From a candidate division WOR-3 bacterium (GTDB lineage: Bacteria > Hydrothermota > Tepidihabitantia > Tepidihabitantales > Tepidihabitantaceae), in contig CBFGJV010000005.1 of assembly GCA_965649205.1 (NCBI GenBank), positions 12,506 to 76,505 on the forward strand: a stretch of DNA of 64,000 nucleotides. Reading direction: 5' to 3'. This document shows, piece by piece, positions 1 to 9,949 of the stretch. The notes below the pieces were generated by a model. That model worked only from the letters and a program-made list of their open reading frames with translations. It was not told where the DNA came from and did no database searches. The translations under genes and the position numbers were made by a program. Position 1 is the stretch's first letter; each line of letters opens with the position of its first letter.

Positions 1-502
1 GCAGTTTGCGCGAGAAGGGATTCCGCCCCAGGGCCAGCGGATATCGTTTCTTCAGGCCTTCCTGGTCCCATACTTCCAGAATATAATGTACCTTGTCCAC
101 CACAAGACGCAGACCGCGCCCCGCCTGCAGCCGCCTGTCGGGTATTCTTACTGAATCAATATTGCTCCATTCCTGAGCACCATCGGCAAAGGTAAATCTG
201 GCTCGGTAGTAGTACAGCACATTGTCCGCCAGCATGGAATCAACCAGTCCGCAGTCTCTCTGTCTGCGGGGAAACCGGTAGACAGTGATGGGGAATTTTG
301 TCGTATCCGCGGCCCCATCAAGACGGGAGGTGCTACGGTAAAGTTCTACCTTTCGCACAGCGGGAATGTTTGCGCCGGTCAGAAACGCTCTCACTGTCGG
401 CCCAGCTTCCAGCCGGACAATTAGTTTGGCCTCCCGGGCAAGAGCAAAGCCCAGACCTGCAAGAAGCAGAATTACCGCCGGACGGCCGGGCGTAATTCGC
501 AT
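1..502 (-). CDS. L,D-transpeptidase-like exported protein, N-terminal part (gene runs off the left edge)
   Basis: Hand translation of the minus strand from ATG (502-500) stays open to position 1. It reads MRITPGRPAVILLLAGLGFALA (signal-like) ... LVVDKVHYILEVWDQEGLKKRYPLALGRNPFSRKL. The last stretch resembles the entry into YkuD-type catalytic domains. It is absent from the ORF track because the window edge truncates it. Confidence 0.45.
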   Translation of the reverse strand, partial: MRITPGRPAVILLLAGLGFALAREAKLIVRLEAGPTVRAFLTGANIPAVRKVELYRSTSRLDGAADTTKFPITVYRFPRRQRDCGLVDSMLADNVLYYYRARFTFADGAQEWSNIDSVRIPDRRLQAGRGLRLVVDKVHYILEVWDQEGLKKRYPLALGRNPFSRKL

Positions 503-508
503 GCTGTA

Positions 509-538
509 AGCATAGCCAAGAGAGCGCAAACAGGTCAA
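509..538 (-). promoter_or_regulatory. Sigma70-like promoter, leaderless geometry
   Basis: The minus strand reads TTGACC (538-533), an 18-nt spacer, TATGCT (514-509), then 6 nt and ATG (502). Confidence 0.4.
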
Positions 539-693
539 GGGTACAGAGATGTCAACGGAGGCAAATTCCCCTGAGCTTTCGTCACCCCGACTGTGCTCCG
601 CGTGCTTCTATTATACCTTTGGAAACACTGCAGATGCTGACTAATAAGGTGATTTGTCTGCGGCGGTTTGTCCCGGAAAGCCCGGAGGCTATA

Positions 694-2724
694 TCACCGT
701 TTCTTTAGCCGTCTGCTGCGCAAAAGTTTCCATTCTTCGTCGTCAATCTCCTGGCGGAGGCGGGCAATCTGATCGCGGTACGCAGCCGCCTTCTCAAACT
801 CCAGTCGCTGCGCTGCCTCCTTCATTTCCTTCTGCAGCCGGTCCAAGAGGGCAATCTTGTCTTCGCAGTCTGCTGTCTGCCATTCGCTCTCCGCCGTTTC
901 CGGCGTCGGCTTGGCGTCGGCTACCGAGGTTGTCAACCGCACCTGAGCTACAGACTTCTGAATGGAGCGCGGTTCAATTCCGTGCTTGCGGTTGTACTCC
1001 ATCTGCTTTTGCCGCCGTCGTTCTGTCTCCTGTAATGCTCTCCTTATGGAGTTGGTAATGTTGTCGGCGTAGAGAATCACTTCTCCGCGCACGTTTCGGG
1101 CGGCTCGCCCTGCAGTTTGGATTAGCGACCGTTCATCCCGCAAAAACCCTTCCTTGTCTGCATCAAGGATTGCCACCAGGGAGACTTCGGGCAGGTCCAA
1201 TCCTTCCCGCAACAGATTGATGCCTACCAGTACATCAAACTCGCCCAGCCTTAGGCCACGCAGGATTTCCACCCGTTCGATAGCGTCTATCTCCGAGTGA
1301 AGATAACGTACCTTCAGCCCCATTTCGGTCAGATACTCAGCCAGGTCCTCAGCCATACGCTTGGTCAGCGTGGTCACCAGGACTCTTTCGTGTTTCTCGA
1401 CGCGCTGGCGAATTTCGGCAATGAGATTATCTATCTGCCCCTTAGTTGGCCGAATGGTCATTTTCGGGTCCACCAGACCAGTCGGTCGCACCACCAGCTC
1501 TGCTACCCGTCCCTGGCTCTGTCTGAGTTCATACGGCCCCGGGGTAGCGGAGGTAAAAATAACCTGCTTTATCAGGCTCTGGAACTCGTCAAAGCGCAAG
1601 GGCCGGTTGTCCAGACAGGAGGGTAATCTGAAGCCGTAGTCTACTAGCGTCTGCTTTCTCGCCCGGTCTCCGTTATACATTCCCTGAATCTGGGGAATAG
1701 TGACGTGAGATTCGTCTATAATCATCAGATAGTCCTCAGGGAAAAAGTCCAGCAGGCAGTAAGGCCTTTCTCCGGGCTTTTTTCCCAACAGATGCCGGGA
1801 ATAATTTTCAATGCCCGGACAATAACCGAACTCCAGCATTATCTCAATGTCGAACCTGGTGCGGGTCGCCAGCCGCTGTGCCTCCAGCAGCTTGTGTTGC
1901 GACCTCAGCTCGCTTACCCGCTGCGCCAGTTCCTGTTCAATCGAAACGATGGCATCTTCTATCTGGCGTCCGGTGGTAACGAACTGCTTAGCCGGATAGA
2001 TTATCAATCGTTCCCGCTGCTCCAGGATGTCTCCAGAAACTATGTCAAATATAGAAAGCGCAGCTAGCTGTGTGCCATCAAACTCTACCCGCACGCCATA
2101 GTCCCGATGTGAGGGGTGAATGTCCACCACGTCGCCTCGCACGCGAAAAGTGGAACGTTTCAGTTCCACATCGTTACGGGTGTACTGGAGAGCAACCAGT
2201 TGTTCCAGCAGACTCTCCCGGTCCAGTTCCTCACCTTGCTTCAGGGTCAGCACCGACTCCCGGAATTCCACCGGCTCTCCGAGATTGTAGATACAGGAAA
2301 CAGAAGCTACCACCACCACATCTCTACGTTCCAGCAGGCTAGAGGTAGCCCGCAACCGCAGTCGTTCAATCTCCTCGTTTATGGAAGCGTCCTTTTCTAT
2401 GTACAAGTCGTGCTCCGGCACATAGGCTTCGGGCTGATAATAGTCGTAGTAAGAGATGAAGTACTCAACCGCATTATGGGGGAAAAACTGGCGGAACTCG
2501 CCAAACAGCTGGGCGGCCAGCGTTTTGTTGTGCGAGATAACAATGGTGGGTCGGTTCAAACGGGCAATGACATTAGCCATGGTGAAAGTCTTGCCCGAAC
2601 CGGTTACCCCCAGAAGCGTAGAATACTTAGCACCGGACTGAATGAACTCAACCAGTTTTTCTATGGCTTCCGGCTGGTCGCCGGCAGGAGAAAATGGCGC
2701 CACCAGCTTGAACAGCTCCGCCAT
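694..2724 (-). CDS. uvrB: Excinuclease ABC subunit B
   Basis: 676 aa. Walker A GVTGSGKT, the characteristic [19 protein letters not shown] segment, helicase motifs, and a C-terminal UVR domain ([16 protein letters not shown]). Confidence 0.97.
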   Translation of the reverse strand: MAELFKLVAPFSPAGDQPEAIEKLVEFIQSGAKYSTLLGVTGSGKTFTMANVIARLNRPTIVISHNKTLAAQLFGEFRQFFPHNAVEYFISYYDYYQPEAYVPEHDLYIEKDASINEEIERLRLRATSSLLERRDVVVVASVSCIYNLGEPVEFRESVLTLKQGEELDRESLLEQLVALQYTRNDVELKRSTFRVRGDVVDIHPSHRDYGVRVEFDGTQLAALSIFDIVSGDILEQRERLIIYPAKQFVTTGRQIEDAIVSIEQELAQRVSELRSQHKLLEAQRLATRTRFDIEIMLEFGYCPGIENYSRHLLGKKPGERPYCLLDFFPEDYLMIIDESHVTIPQIQGMYNGDRARKQTLVDYGFRLPSCLDNRPLRFDEFQSLIKQVIFTSATPGPYELRQSQGRVAELVVRPTGLVDPKMTIRPTKGQIDNLIAEIRQRVEKHERVLVTTLTKRMAEDLAEYLTEMGLKVRYLHSEIDAIERVEILRGLRLGEFDVLVGINLLREGLDLPEVSLVAILDADKEGFLRDERSLIQTAGRAARNVRGEVILYADNITNSIRRALQETERRRQKQMEYNRKHGIEPRSIQKSVAQVRLTTSVADAKPTPETAESEWQTADCEDKIALLDRLQKEMKEAAQRLEFEKAAAYRDQIARLRQEIDDEEWKLLRSRRLKKR

Positions 2725-2732
2725 ACGCAGTC

Positions 2733-2760
2733 ATTCTAGAACACGGACAAGGAGGGTCAA
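2733..2760 (-). promoter_or_regulatory. Sigma70-like promoter of uvrB, leaderless geometry
   Basis: The minus strand reads TTGACC (2760-2755), a 16-nt spacer, TAGAAT (2738-2733), then 8 nt and ATG (2724). No SD motif lies in between. Confidence 0.5.
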
Positions 2761-2764
2761 GCAG

Positions 2765-2792
2765 TTGACTTCTGCGAGGTTGTGAATATCAT
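2765..2792 (+). promoter_or_regulatory. Sigma70-like promoter for the EIIA-permease/usp operon
   Basis: TTGACT (2765-2770), a 16-nt spacer, TATCAT (2787-2792). It is divergent from the uvrB promoter. This one has a ~65-80 nt leader. Confidence 0.4.
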
Positions 2793-2856
2793 CTCTCCCG
2801 ATTTGACCACGCTTACTGCATCTTCAGACCGGAACCGGTCGAGCGACGGTTCCTAA

Positions 2857-4815
2857 TTGTTTTCTGTTACAATGATTAATCTGGAAAGCTTCGTTAGACC
2901 TGAACTGGCCCTGACCTGTCCGGAAGGGTGTACGCAGGAGCAGCTATTCCGTCTGGTCGCCGACCGGTTCTACGAACAGGGGATTATCACCGACCGGGAA
3001 GCTCTGGTACGGGAACTTCTCGCCCGGGAGCAGCTTGGCTCCACCGGCATAGGAAACGGTATTGCGCTGCCTCACGCCGCACTTGATTCCGCGACCGAGA
3101 TGGCCGTAGCGGTGGTTCTTTCACCTAAGCCGCTTGATTGGAATTCGGTGGATGGAGAACCGGTGAGCCTAGTAGTAGTCATAGCTGGCCCGTCAGACGA
3201 GAAGACTTTGTATCTTCAACTTCTTGCCGAGCTGGCTCGTTCTCTCAATCGACCAGAGGTGCGTAACCAAGCACTAAAGGCACACACGCCGGCGCGGGCA
3301 GCGGAAATCATCAGCCGTCCGCCACACGAAGGATTTTTCAAACGCAATCGAAGACTTATATTTTTCATCCTCATGGTACTGGCCATATTCGTTCTCGCCC
3401 GCATTATTATGCCTTCCATCCACTTAACCGGAACCGACCTTTATCAGTCGCCGGAATACCTGAAGTTCAACCACCAGCCTTGGCTCTTTCGACAAGAACT
3501 GACCGTGACTTTGTTCTTGGGAATGGTACTCGGCACGCTTCTGTTCTGGCGTTTCCGCGTGGCCATAGCCGCCGCTGTGCTCGGCATACTTCTCACTGCC
3601 GGTGTTATGGACTTGGGCACTACCGTGAAGTTCATGTCCATACCGACTATTCTGTTCATAATGGCGATGATGGTCATTGTCCGGTGGCTACAGAACGCTG
3701 GCGTATTCCGTTTCGTGGTGATCAAAGCAATCGAACAGGTTCGTGGCATACCCTGGCTTCTCTTGCTCATATTGATGGGATTCTCCGTGTTGATGGCCGG
3801 GTTCGCCGACGAGGTTTCCGCTATCCTTGTCACTTTCGGTTTGGCACACGAAGTGTGCCGGCGTACCAAAGCACCACTTGTACCATTTCTTCTTTGCTTG
3901 GTATTTGCTACCAATGTGGGCAGTGCATTAACCCTGGTGGGCAACCCCATCGGGGTATACATTGCTTTCGCCGGTCGCCTGAGTTTTGAGCACTTCCTGC
4001 GTTGGGCCACGCCGGTGTCAGCGGTGGCCGCAGTGGTAGTCTCCTTGCTTTGTCTCGTGCTTTACCGCAAGCATTTTTTCGGCAAGCGCTACAACTTGGA
4101 CGCCCGCGTGTTGGAGGAAACGTCGGGCATAGTTGACCGGGCCAAACTGCGTACCGGCATCATAACATTCATTGTTACCGTAGTCCTCATCGCGCTACAC
4201 CGTCGTCTCGAGGTATGGCTCGGACTGGGCGACGGCACCGCGCTGGTGGCTGTTGCGCTGATGGTAACTGGCTTCATAGTGTTTTACGAGCAGGAACGCG
4301 GCCGGGTACTTGTCGAGCGGGGCATTGACTGGTGGACACTGCTCTTTTTTATGTTTCTCTTCGCCAATGCCGCCTGTCTGGAATACACCGGCGTTACGAC
4401 CAAGCTGGGTTATCTGCTTCTTAACGCTTCGCAGTCCCTGACCGCGCACGGCGGGCCGGCTGCAATAACGAGCACTAGCGCCGTCCTGATGCTCTGGGCC
4501 AGTGGTCTATTGTCGGGATTTGTAGACAACTTGCCCATAGTGGCCGCGTTGGTCCCCATAGCCAAGGACCTGAGCCAGGTCGGTTTACCACATGCCTCCA
4601 TTTTATGGTGGGCGCTGCTCTTTGGTGGTTGCTTCGGCGGCAACCTGACCGTTATCGGCTCAACTGCCAACTTGGTCGCGGTCGGCGCGTACGAAAGGGT
4701 AACCGGCCAGCACATTCGCTTTATTGAGTGGATACGTGTGGGTATTATAATCACCGTGGTATCGCTGGTTATAGCGACCACGGCCCTGTTATTACAAGTG
4801 AGACTCGCGCCGTAA
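2857..4815 (+). CDS. PTS EIIA(Ntr)-type domain fused to an ArsB/NhaD/SLC13-superfamily ion or anion permease
   Basis: The N-terminal ~150 aa carry GSTGIGNGIALPHA (EIIA type-2 phospho-His motif). About 12 hydrophobic helices follow, with motifs such as ATNVGSALTLVGNPIG and GGNLTVIGSTANLV. The start may be ATG at 2872 rather than TTG at 2857. Confidence 0.75.
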   Translation: MFSVTMINLESFVRPELALTCPEGCTQEQLFRLVADRFYEQGIITDREALVRELLAREQLGSTGIGNGIALPHAALDSATEMAVAVVLSPKPLDWNSVDGEPVSLVVVIAGPSDEKTLYLQLLAELARSLNRPEVRNQALKAHTPARAAEIISRPPHEGFFKRNRRLIFFILMVLAIFVLARIIMPSIHLTGTDLYQSPEYLKFNHQPWLFRQELTVTLFLGMVLGTLLFWRFRVAIAAAVLGILLTAGVMDLGTTVKFMSIPTILFIMAMMVIVRWLQNAGVFRFVVIKAIEQVRGIPWLLLLILMGFSVLMAGFADEVSAILVTFGLAHEVCRRTKAPLVPFLLCLVFATNVGSALTLVGNPIGVYIAFAGRLSFEHFLRWATPVSAVAAVVVSLLCLVLYRKHFFGKRYNLDARVLEETSGIVDRAKLRTGIITFIVTVVLIALHRRLEVWLGLGDGTALVAVALMVTGFIVFYEQERGRVLVERGIDWWTLLFFMFLFANAACLEYTGVTTKLGYLLLNASQSLTAHGGPAAITSTSAVLMLWASGLLSGFVDNLPIVAALVPIAKDLSQVGLPHASILWWALLFGGCFGGNLTVIGSTANLVAVGAYERVTGQHIRFIEWIRVGIIITVVSLVIATTALLLQVRLAP

Positions 4816-4823
4816 GGAGAATT

Positions 4824-5237
4824 ATGTTCGACAAGATACTCTACATAGTAAGTGAAAAGCAGGAAGATAAAAGCTTCGTGATGAACCTGGCCCGCAAGCA
4901 CGGCTCGACCGTGTTGCTCTCTGGCATAATGGCCGCCGAGCGCCGGCAGGAGGTGCGGACCGACGGCCAGACTCGGCGCAACGTGCTGCGTGAAGATCAT
5001 GAGCGCAAATCCTGGCACAATCTTTACCGCCTGGAGGAAGAATTCAAAAGTTCCGGTATTAAGTCGTCCGTAATAGCTCAAGAGGGGGACATAGAAAATC
5101 TGCAGTTACTTGCTTCCAGTACACGCTGCGACCTTATTGTAATGGCCGCCAGCAACCTAGCCGACCGGGACTACAAGCTTCCGGACGAGCTTCTGCCTAA
5201 CCTCCCCTGTCCGCTGATAATCACCAATGCGCCCTGA
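4824..5237 (+). CDS. Universal stress protein (UspA)-family protein
   Basis: ATG at 4824 is preceded by AAGGAGA. The 137-aa product has a Usp-like layout: FDKILYIV at the N-terminus, DLIVMAAS, and CPLIITN at the C-terminus. The upstream part of the track ORF (from 4728) overlaps the preceding permease and was trimmed. Confidence 0.55.
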   Translation: MFDKILYIVSEKQEDKSFVMNLARKHGSTVLLSGIMAAERRQEVRTDGQTRRNVLREDHERKSWHNLYRLEEEFKSSGIKSSVIAQEGDIENLQLLASSTRCDLIVMAASNLADRDYKLPDELLPNLPCPLIITNAP

Positions 5238-5262
5238 ATAGGGACTTACACTCCACCTCACC

Positions 5263-7227
5263 ATGAACTCAGAACCAACGGCGAGAGAATCCGGTATCAC
5301 TCCAAGACTTATCCTTGACCTGCCCGAAGTCAGCGGACCGGAAGAGCTTTTCCGTATTGTTGCATCCAAATTGTCTGCTGAGGGAGTATTGTCCGACCCC
5401 CAGACCGTTGTTCAAGAGTTACTTGCCCGCGAGGCGCAGGGTTCGACCGGCATGGGTAATGGCGTAGCATTACCCCATGCGGTAGTATCCGTGCCGCTCA
5501 AGGAAGTGCTGATTGCAGTCGTGCGGCTGCGTCGTGGAGTCAACTGGCATTCCCCTGACGGCAGACCGGTTCGCCTAGTCTGCCTGCTAATCTGTTCACA
5601 GGAATCACGTGCTGTCTACTTACACGCCTTGGCAGATGCGGCCCGTATACTGGGCAAACCGCACGCTCGGGTTCTTCTGCTCAGAGCCCGTTCCACGGAA
5701 CGTATCGCTGCCCTGCTTTCGGGTATTCCTCAGCCAGGGTTCCTGCAAAAAAACAAGGACGTTATATTCCTGGTGTGTGGAATAGTTGTTACTTTCTTCC
5801 TAGCTCGCCTCCTGTTTACTAATACCCGACTTCCGGATGAAGGCGTGTACCGGGAGCTCGGCTACCTCAAGTTCAATACGCAGCCTTGGCTTGACCGCCA
5901 GTCTATCACCGCCGCCATATTCATCGGAATGATACTTGGTACCCTGCTCTTTTGGAGATTCCGGGTCGCCATCGCCGCAACTAGCTTCGGCATACTTTTA
6001 CTTTCTGGCGTGATGGGCATAGAGCACGCAGTGGAATATATGTCTCTCCCTACCGTCATCTTCATAATGGCGATGATGGTACTTATCAAGTGGTTGGAGA
6101 ACGTCGGTGTGTTCCGGTTTGTGGTACTTGAGGTGGTGCGACGGGTAGGCAGCTCTCCCTGGGTTCTGCTCTTGGTACTGATGTTTTTCTCTCTCATCCT
6201 TTCCGGCTTTGCGGGCGAGGTCTCTGGTATTCTTGTCACTTTCGGACTGGCGCTGGAAATAGCACGTCGTACGAAAACATCCGTATTGCCCTACCTTTTG
6301 AGCCTCGTCTTTGCTACCAACGTCGGCTCTGCACTTACTCTGGTAGGCAACCCTATTGGTGTGTACATCGCTTTTGCAGGTGGTCTCACCTTCGAAAACT
6401 TCCTGCGTTGGGCAAGCCCGCTGGCACTTGCCAGTTGGTGCGCTGTGGCCGGCTTATGTATCCTTGTATTTCGCAAGCAGCTCTGTGCCGGTGCGCCCGT
6501 GGAGCTAAAGTCGTCCGACTTCAAAACCGAATCTATTAAGGCGCACGAGCTACGCCTCGGTCTGATGGTATTCGCGGCCGTGGTGTTGTCGATTGTGGTT
6601 CACGCCAGACTGGAAAGTCTATTACACGTCGGAGAGGGGACCTTGCTTTTGGTCGTGCCTCTCGCTGCAGTTGCTTTCGTTATCTTCGTTGAACAGGAAC
6701 GAGGCAAGATGCTCATCGAGCGGGGTATCGACTGGTGGACACTGCTTTTTTTCATGTTTCTCTTCGCTAATGCCGCCTGTCTGGAACACACGGGCGTGAC
6801 TACCAAGCTGGGCTATCTTCTACTACAGGCTGCAAAAACGCTACCCTTCACCCGTTGGCTGGGTGCGTCAGGCCTTACCGGATCGACGCTTATCCTAATG
6901 CTCTGGGGTTCGGGTTTGTCGTCGGGTTTCGTGGACAATATGCCTATCGTGGCCGCACTCGTGCCTATCGTCAAGAATTTGTCCGCGGTTGGGCTGCCCC
7001 ACGTTTCGATTCTTTGGTGGTCATTACTGTTCGGCGGCTGCTTTGGCGGTAATTTGACGATGATTGGTTCAAGCGCAAACCTGGTCGCACTGGGCAGTTA
7101 CGAAAAAGCTACGGGGCGACACGTAAGCTTTGGAGAATGGTTCAAGGCAGGAATTATCATTACCGTCGGTTCTCTGCTGATAGCGACGCTCGGCTTGCTC
7201 CTCCAGATTTCCTTGGCGCCCCGATAG
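5263..7227 (+). CDS. Second EIIA(Ntr)-fused ArsB/NhaD/SLC13-superfamily permease (paralog of 2857-4815)
   Basis: It has the same architecture: GSTGMGNGVALPHA, then a membrane domain largely collinear with copy 1. Examples are LFWRFRVAIAA, FIMAMMV, NVGVFRFVV, ATNVGSALTLVGNPIGVYIAFAG and DWWTLLFFMFLFANAACLE. Confidence 0.75.
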   Translation: MNSEPTARESGITPRLILDLPEVSGPEELFRIVASKLSAEGVLSDPQTVVQELLAREAQGSTGMGNGVALPHAVVSVPLKEVLIAVVRLRRGVNWHSPDGRPVRLVCLLICSQESRAVYLHALADAARILGKPHARVLLLRARSTERIAALLSGIPQPGFLQKNKDVIFLVCGIVVTFFLARLLFTNTRLPDEGVYRELGYLKFNTQPWLDRQSITAAIFIGMILGTLLFWRFRVAIAATSFGILLLSGVMGIEHAVEYMSLPTVIFIMAMMVLIKWLENVGVFRFVVLEVVRRVGSSPWVLLLVLMFFSLILSGFAGEVSGILVTFGLALEIARRTKTSVLPYLLSLVFATNVGSALTLVGNPIGVYIAFAGGLTFENFLRWASPLALASWCAVAGLCILVFRKQLCAGAPVELKSSDFKTESIKAHELRLGLMVFAAVVLSIVVHARLESLLHVGEGTLLLVVPLAAVAFVIFVEQERGKMLIERGIDWWTLLFFMFLFANAACLEHTGVTTKLGYLLLQAAKTLPFTRWLGASGLTGSTLILMLWGSGLSSGFVDNMPIVAALVPIVKNLSAVGLPHVSILWWSLLFGGCFGGNLTMIGSSANLVALGSYEKATGRHVSFGEWFKAGIIITVGSLLIATLGLLLQISLAPR

Positions 7228-7250
7228 AAATAGAACTCTGATCGGTCCTG

Positions 7251-7511
7251 TCAGCGCGGCTTCTGCACACGCCTGGCTTTAGCTCGCTCTCGCTCGGTCG
7301 CTCTGGCCATTTCAGCCAGAAGAGCCAGATTCTCTCTGGCTTCCTTTTGGTCCACTATCTGGATGGCAAAACCGGCGTGGACAATAACGTAGTCGCCAAC
7401 CTTTGCCTCTGGCGTCATCAGTACGGAAATCTCCCGTTCGACGCCGCCCACCTCGCCTACGGCCATATCGCCCTTTATCTCTGTGATTCTTACCGGTATG
7501 GCCAAGCACAT
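7251..7511 (-). CDS. hypC: HypC/HybG/HupF-family [NiFe]-hydrogenase maturation chaperone-like protein
   Basis: 86 aa starting MCLAIPVRI (invariant N-terminal Cys2). YVIVHAGFAI matches the HypC core. The basic C-terminal tail is atypical. Confidence 0.8.
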   Translation of the reverse strand: MCLAIPVRITEIKGDMAVGEVGGVEREISVLMTPEAKVGDYVIVHAGFAIQIVDQKEARENLALLAEMARATERERAKARRVQKPR

Positions 7512-7519
7512 ATGCTCTG

Positions 7520-8845
7520 TCAGGTTTTCAGTTTCTTTTTCTCTGCCGCCGGGAAAAGTACATTGTTCAGTATAAGTCTGTATCCCGGCGAGTTCTTGTG
7601 CAGGGAAAGGTCGGTGACCGGATCACCTACCCGGTGGGTATAGTCTTCCGGGTCGTGTCCACCGAGAAACGTCCAGGTGCCTTGGCCGAAGTTACCGTGG
7701 ATGTATTTTACTTCCTCCGTATTCTTTATTTCGCCCATCACCAGAGTACTGGGCTTCAGGCGACTGCGGCGGAATCCGCAGTTCTGTCCCAAAAACTCCT
7801 TGACCAGCGCCACATGATTCTGCACCAGCATAGTGGGCACCGGGTCAAACTTGGCCGAGAAATCAAAGAGAGCAAAGTAGGTGTCAGGTCCGCGGACGCT
7901 TGCTTCCTGATAGGTGTCAATGTCGGAGTGTTCGTAAACCATAGGGTCAGTTACTATCTCAAAGTTTTCGAAAGCCAGACAACCGCTGTAGTCCAGCTTG
8001 GACCTGTAGTCCGGGTCGATGCCGTCGCCGTCAAATACCTGATGACATATGTCAGTGTTTCTGGCTGCCCAGGCGATGTCCGGGGTGTCGGTGGCCGAAC
8101 ACATGGCAAACAGCATCCCGCCTTCTGCGACATACTGTCGCACCATTTCTACTATGGCCAGCTTCAACTTGCTTACTTTGGCGAATCCAAGCTTTCGGGC
8201 CATTTTGGTGTTCAGCGCCACTTCGGCCTGGTACCAGTCTGTATTGTGATAGGAAGCGTAGAACTTTCCGTACTGGCCCGTGAAATCTTCGTGATGCAGG
8301 TGCAGCCAGTCGTATTGCGACAGCTTGCCGGCTAGCACTTCTTCATCCCACACCTTGTCATAAGGTATGCCCGCATATTCCAGCGCCAGCCTGACCGCGT
8401 CATCCCAGGGGTCAGCTGTGGGCGGCACATATACCGCCAGACTGGTGGGCCGCTCCAGCATTACCGACTCCATATTGTTCTGCTCTATGGTTTGTCTAAT
8501 CTGCACCAGCTCGGCCGGAGAAACGGGCTGATATACCACTCCGTTCAGACGACACTCTTTCATTGCCTGGGCTTCTACCGGCAGCAGAAAAGAGCCTCCT
8601 CGATAGTTCAGCAGCCATTCTGCCTTTTGGCCTCTCTGCAGTAACCGATACACTATGCCATACGCCTTCAGATGGTCGGTCTGAGTCAAATCCATCGGGA
8701 TGAGCAGGTTAGCCGGCTGGGCGAGGGCGGTCGTCACAACTGCAAGCAGCGCCAGCAGTTGCCACCTTGCGTTTTTCCGCCGCCATATCGGAATCTGGAA
8801 TAGTCCTTTCCACCTTTCCTCAGTATTTCCGATAATTAGTTTCAT
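7520..8845 (-). CDS. Conserved-looking exported protein of unknown function
   Basis: 441 aa. A hydrophobic signal-like segment WQLLALLAVVTTALAQPA follows a 27-aa basic N-terminus. I recognise no catalytic motif. Its start overlaps the arcC stop by 4 nt, and its stop lies 8 nt from the hypC start. Confidence 0.55.
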   Translation of the reverse strand: MKLIIGNTEERWKGLFQIPIWRRKNARWQLLALLAVVTTALAQPANLLIPMDLTQTDHLKAYGIVYRLLQRGQKAEWLLNYRGGSFLLPVEAQAMKECRLNGVVYQPVSPAELVQIRQTIEQNNMESVMLERPTSLAVYVPPTADPWDDAVRLALEYAGIPYDKVWDEEVLAGKLSQYDWLHLHHEDFTGQYGKFYASYHNTDWYQAEVALNTKMARKLGFAKVSKLKLAIVEMVRQYVAEGGMLFAMCSATDTPDIAWAARNTDICHQVFDGDGIDPDYRSKLDYSGCLAFENFEIVTDPMVYEHSDIDTYQEASVRGPDTYFALFDFSAKFDPVPTMLVQNHVALVKEFLGQNCGFRRSRLKPSTLVMGEIKNTEEVKYIHGNFGQGTWTFLGGHDPEDYTHRVGDPVTDLSLHKNSPGYRLILNNVLFPAAEKKKLKT

Positions 8846-9903
8846 AGGGTAATCCTCGTTCCTGCTTCCTGCCGCAACGCCGGGCCGATATGTTCGGGGT
8901 CGGTAATCACTACCAACCTTTCTTTACGGCTATTCTGACGGGCAGTTTCAGGACTTTGTCCGCCGTCATAATTTCCTTCCAGAAAAGCCAGGGCCGCTTC
9001 CACTTTCGGTCCCATACTTCCTGCGGCAAATTCACCGGCGGAAAGATAACGACGCACATCACAGATTTTGACGCTAGTCAGCGGCTGCTGGTTCGGCTTG
9101 CCGTAGTGCAGGTAAACTTCCGGCACGGCTGTGGAGATAATAAATGTGTCGGCATTAATTCTGTGTGCCAGCAGAGCGGAGGCCAGGTCTTTGTCAATCA
9201 CCGCTGCTACCCCGCGCAGCAACCCGGCATCTTCTGCACCCTGCGTTGACTTTTGTCTTACGACGGGTATGCCTCCACCGCCGCAGGCAATCACCACAAA
9301 ACCGGCTTCCAACAATCGTTCTACCTCTGTCTGTTCCACAATCTCTACCGGCTCAGGCGAAGGCACCAGCCGGCGGAATCCGCGTCCCGCGTCTTCCTGC
9401 ATAGTCCAACCCAGTTCCTTCTGCAGCACTGCTGCTTCCGCCTTGGTATAGAATGGTCCTACCGGCTTGGAAGGATTGGAAAACGCCGGGTCGTTTTCAT
9501 TCACTACCACCTGGGTGACCACTGTCACTACACCACCGGCACCATTGCCGATTCCTTCGTGGCCGGACAGATTCTGTCTCAGTCCTCTCCGGCGTAACTC
9601 ATTACCCAGCGCCTGCTGAATCATATAGCCTATTTCTCCCTGCGTCTGGGCATTAGCCGCTTCCAGCGGAATTTCCGGCAAACGGTTGCGCGCGAGATGA
9701 GAACGGATAAGCAGGAATCCGACCTGCGGTCCGTTTCCGTGGGTGATTACTACCTGATGTCCGGCCTGAACCAGGTCCGCAATCTGCCGGCAGGTTGTGT
9801 CCACTGCGGCAAGCTGGTCTGCAAAAGACTGTTTGTCTTTGGCCCGTATCAGGGAATTACCGCCTATGGCAAGGACTATTCTGCGCTGCATAATCTTAAG
9901 CAT
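8842..9903 (-). CDS. arcC: Carbamate kinase
   Basis: RIVLAIGGNSL, VVITHGNGPQVG, NPSKPVGPFY and VIACGGGGIPV are typical carbamate kinase (amino-acid kinase fold) motifs. At 353 aa it is slightly long, with two short insertions. Confidence 0.85.
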   Translation of the reverse strand: MLKIMQRRIVLAIGGNSLIRAKDKQSFADQLAAVDTTCRQIADLVQAGHQVVITHGNGPQVGFLLIRSHLARNRLPEIPLEAANAQTQGEIGYMIQQALGNELRRRGLRQNLSGHEGIGNGAGGVVTVVTQVVVNENDPAFSNPSKPVGPFYTKAEAAVLQKELGWTMQEDAGRGFRRLVPSPEPVEIVEQTEVERLLEAGFVVIACGGGGIPVVRQKSTQGAEDAGLLRGVAAVIDKDLASALLAHRINADTFIISTAVPEVYLHYGKPNQQPLTSVKICDVRRYLSAGEFAAGSMGPKVEAALAFLEGNYDGGQSPETARQNSRKERLVVITDPEHIGPALRQEAGTRITL

Positions 9904-9949
9904 ACCCTAACACCTGCTCAGTGCAACAAAGCCCGTACCCTTGCCAGGT

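Noticed and set aside
298-1058. ORFs 298-495 (+) and 654-1058 (+)
   Set aside because: They are antisense to the open L,D-transpeptidase-like frame and to uvrB respectively. Both are Pro/Arg/Ser-rich shadow translations.
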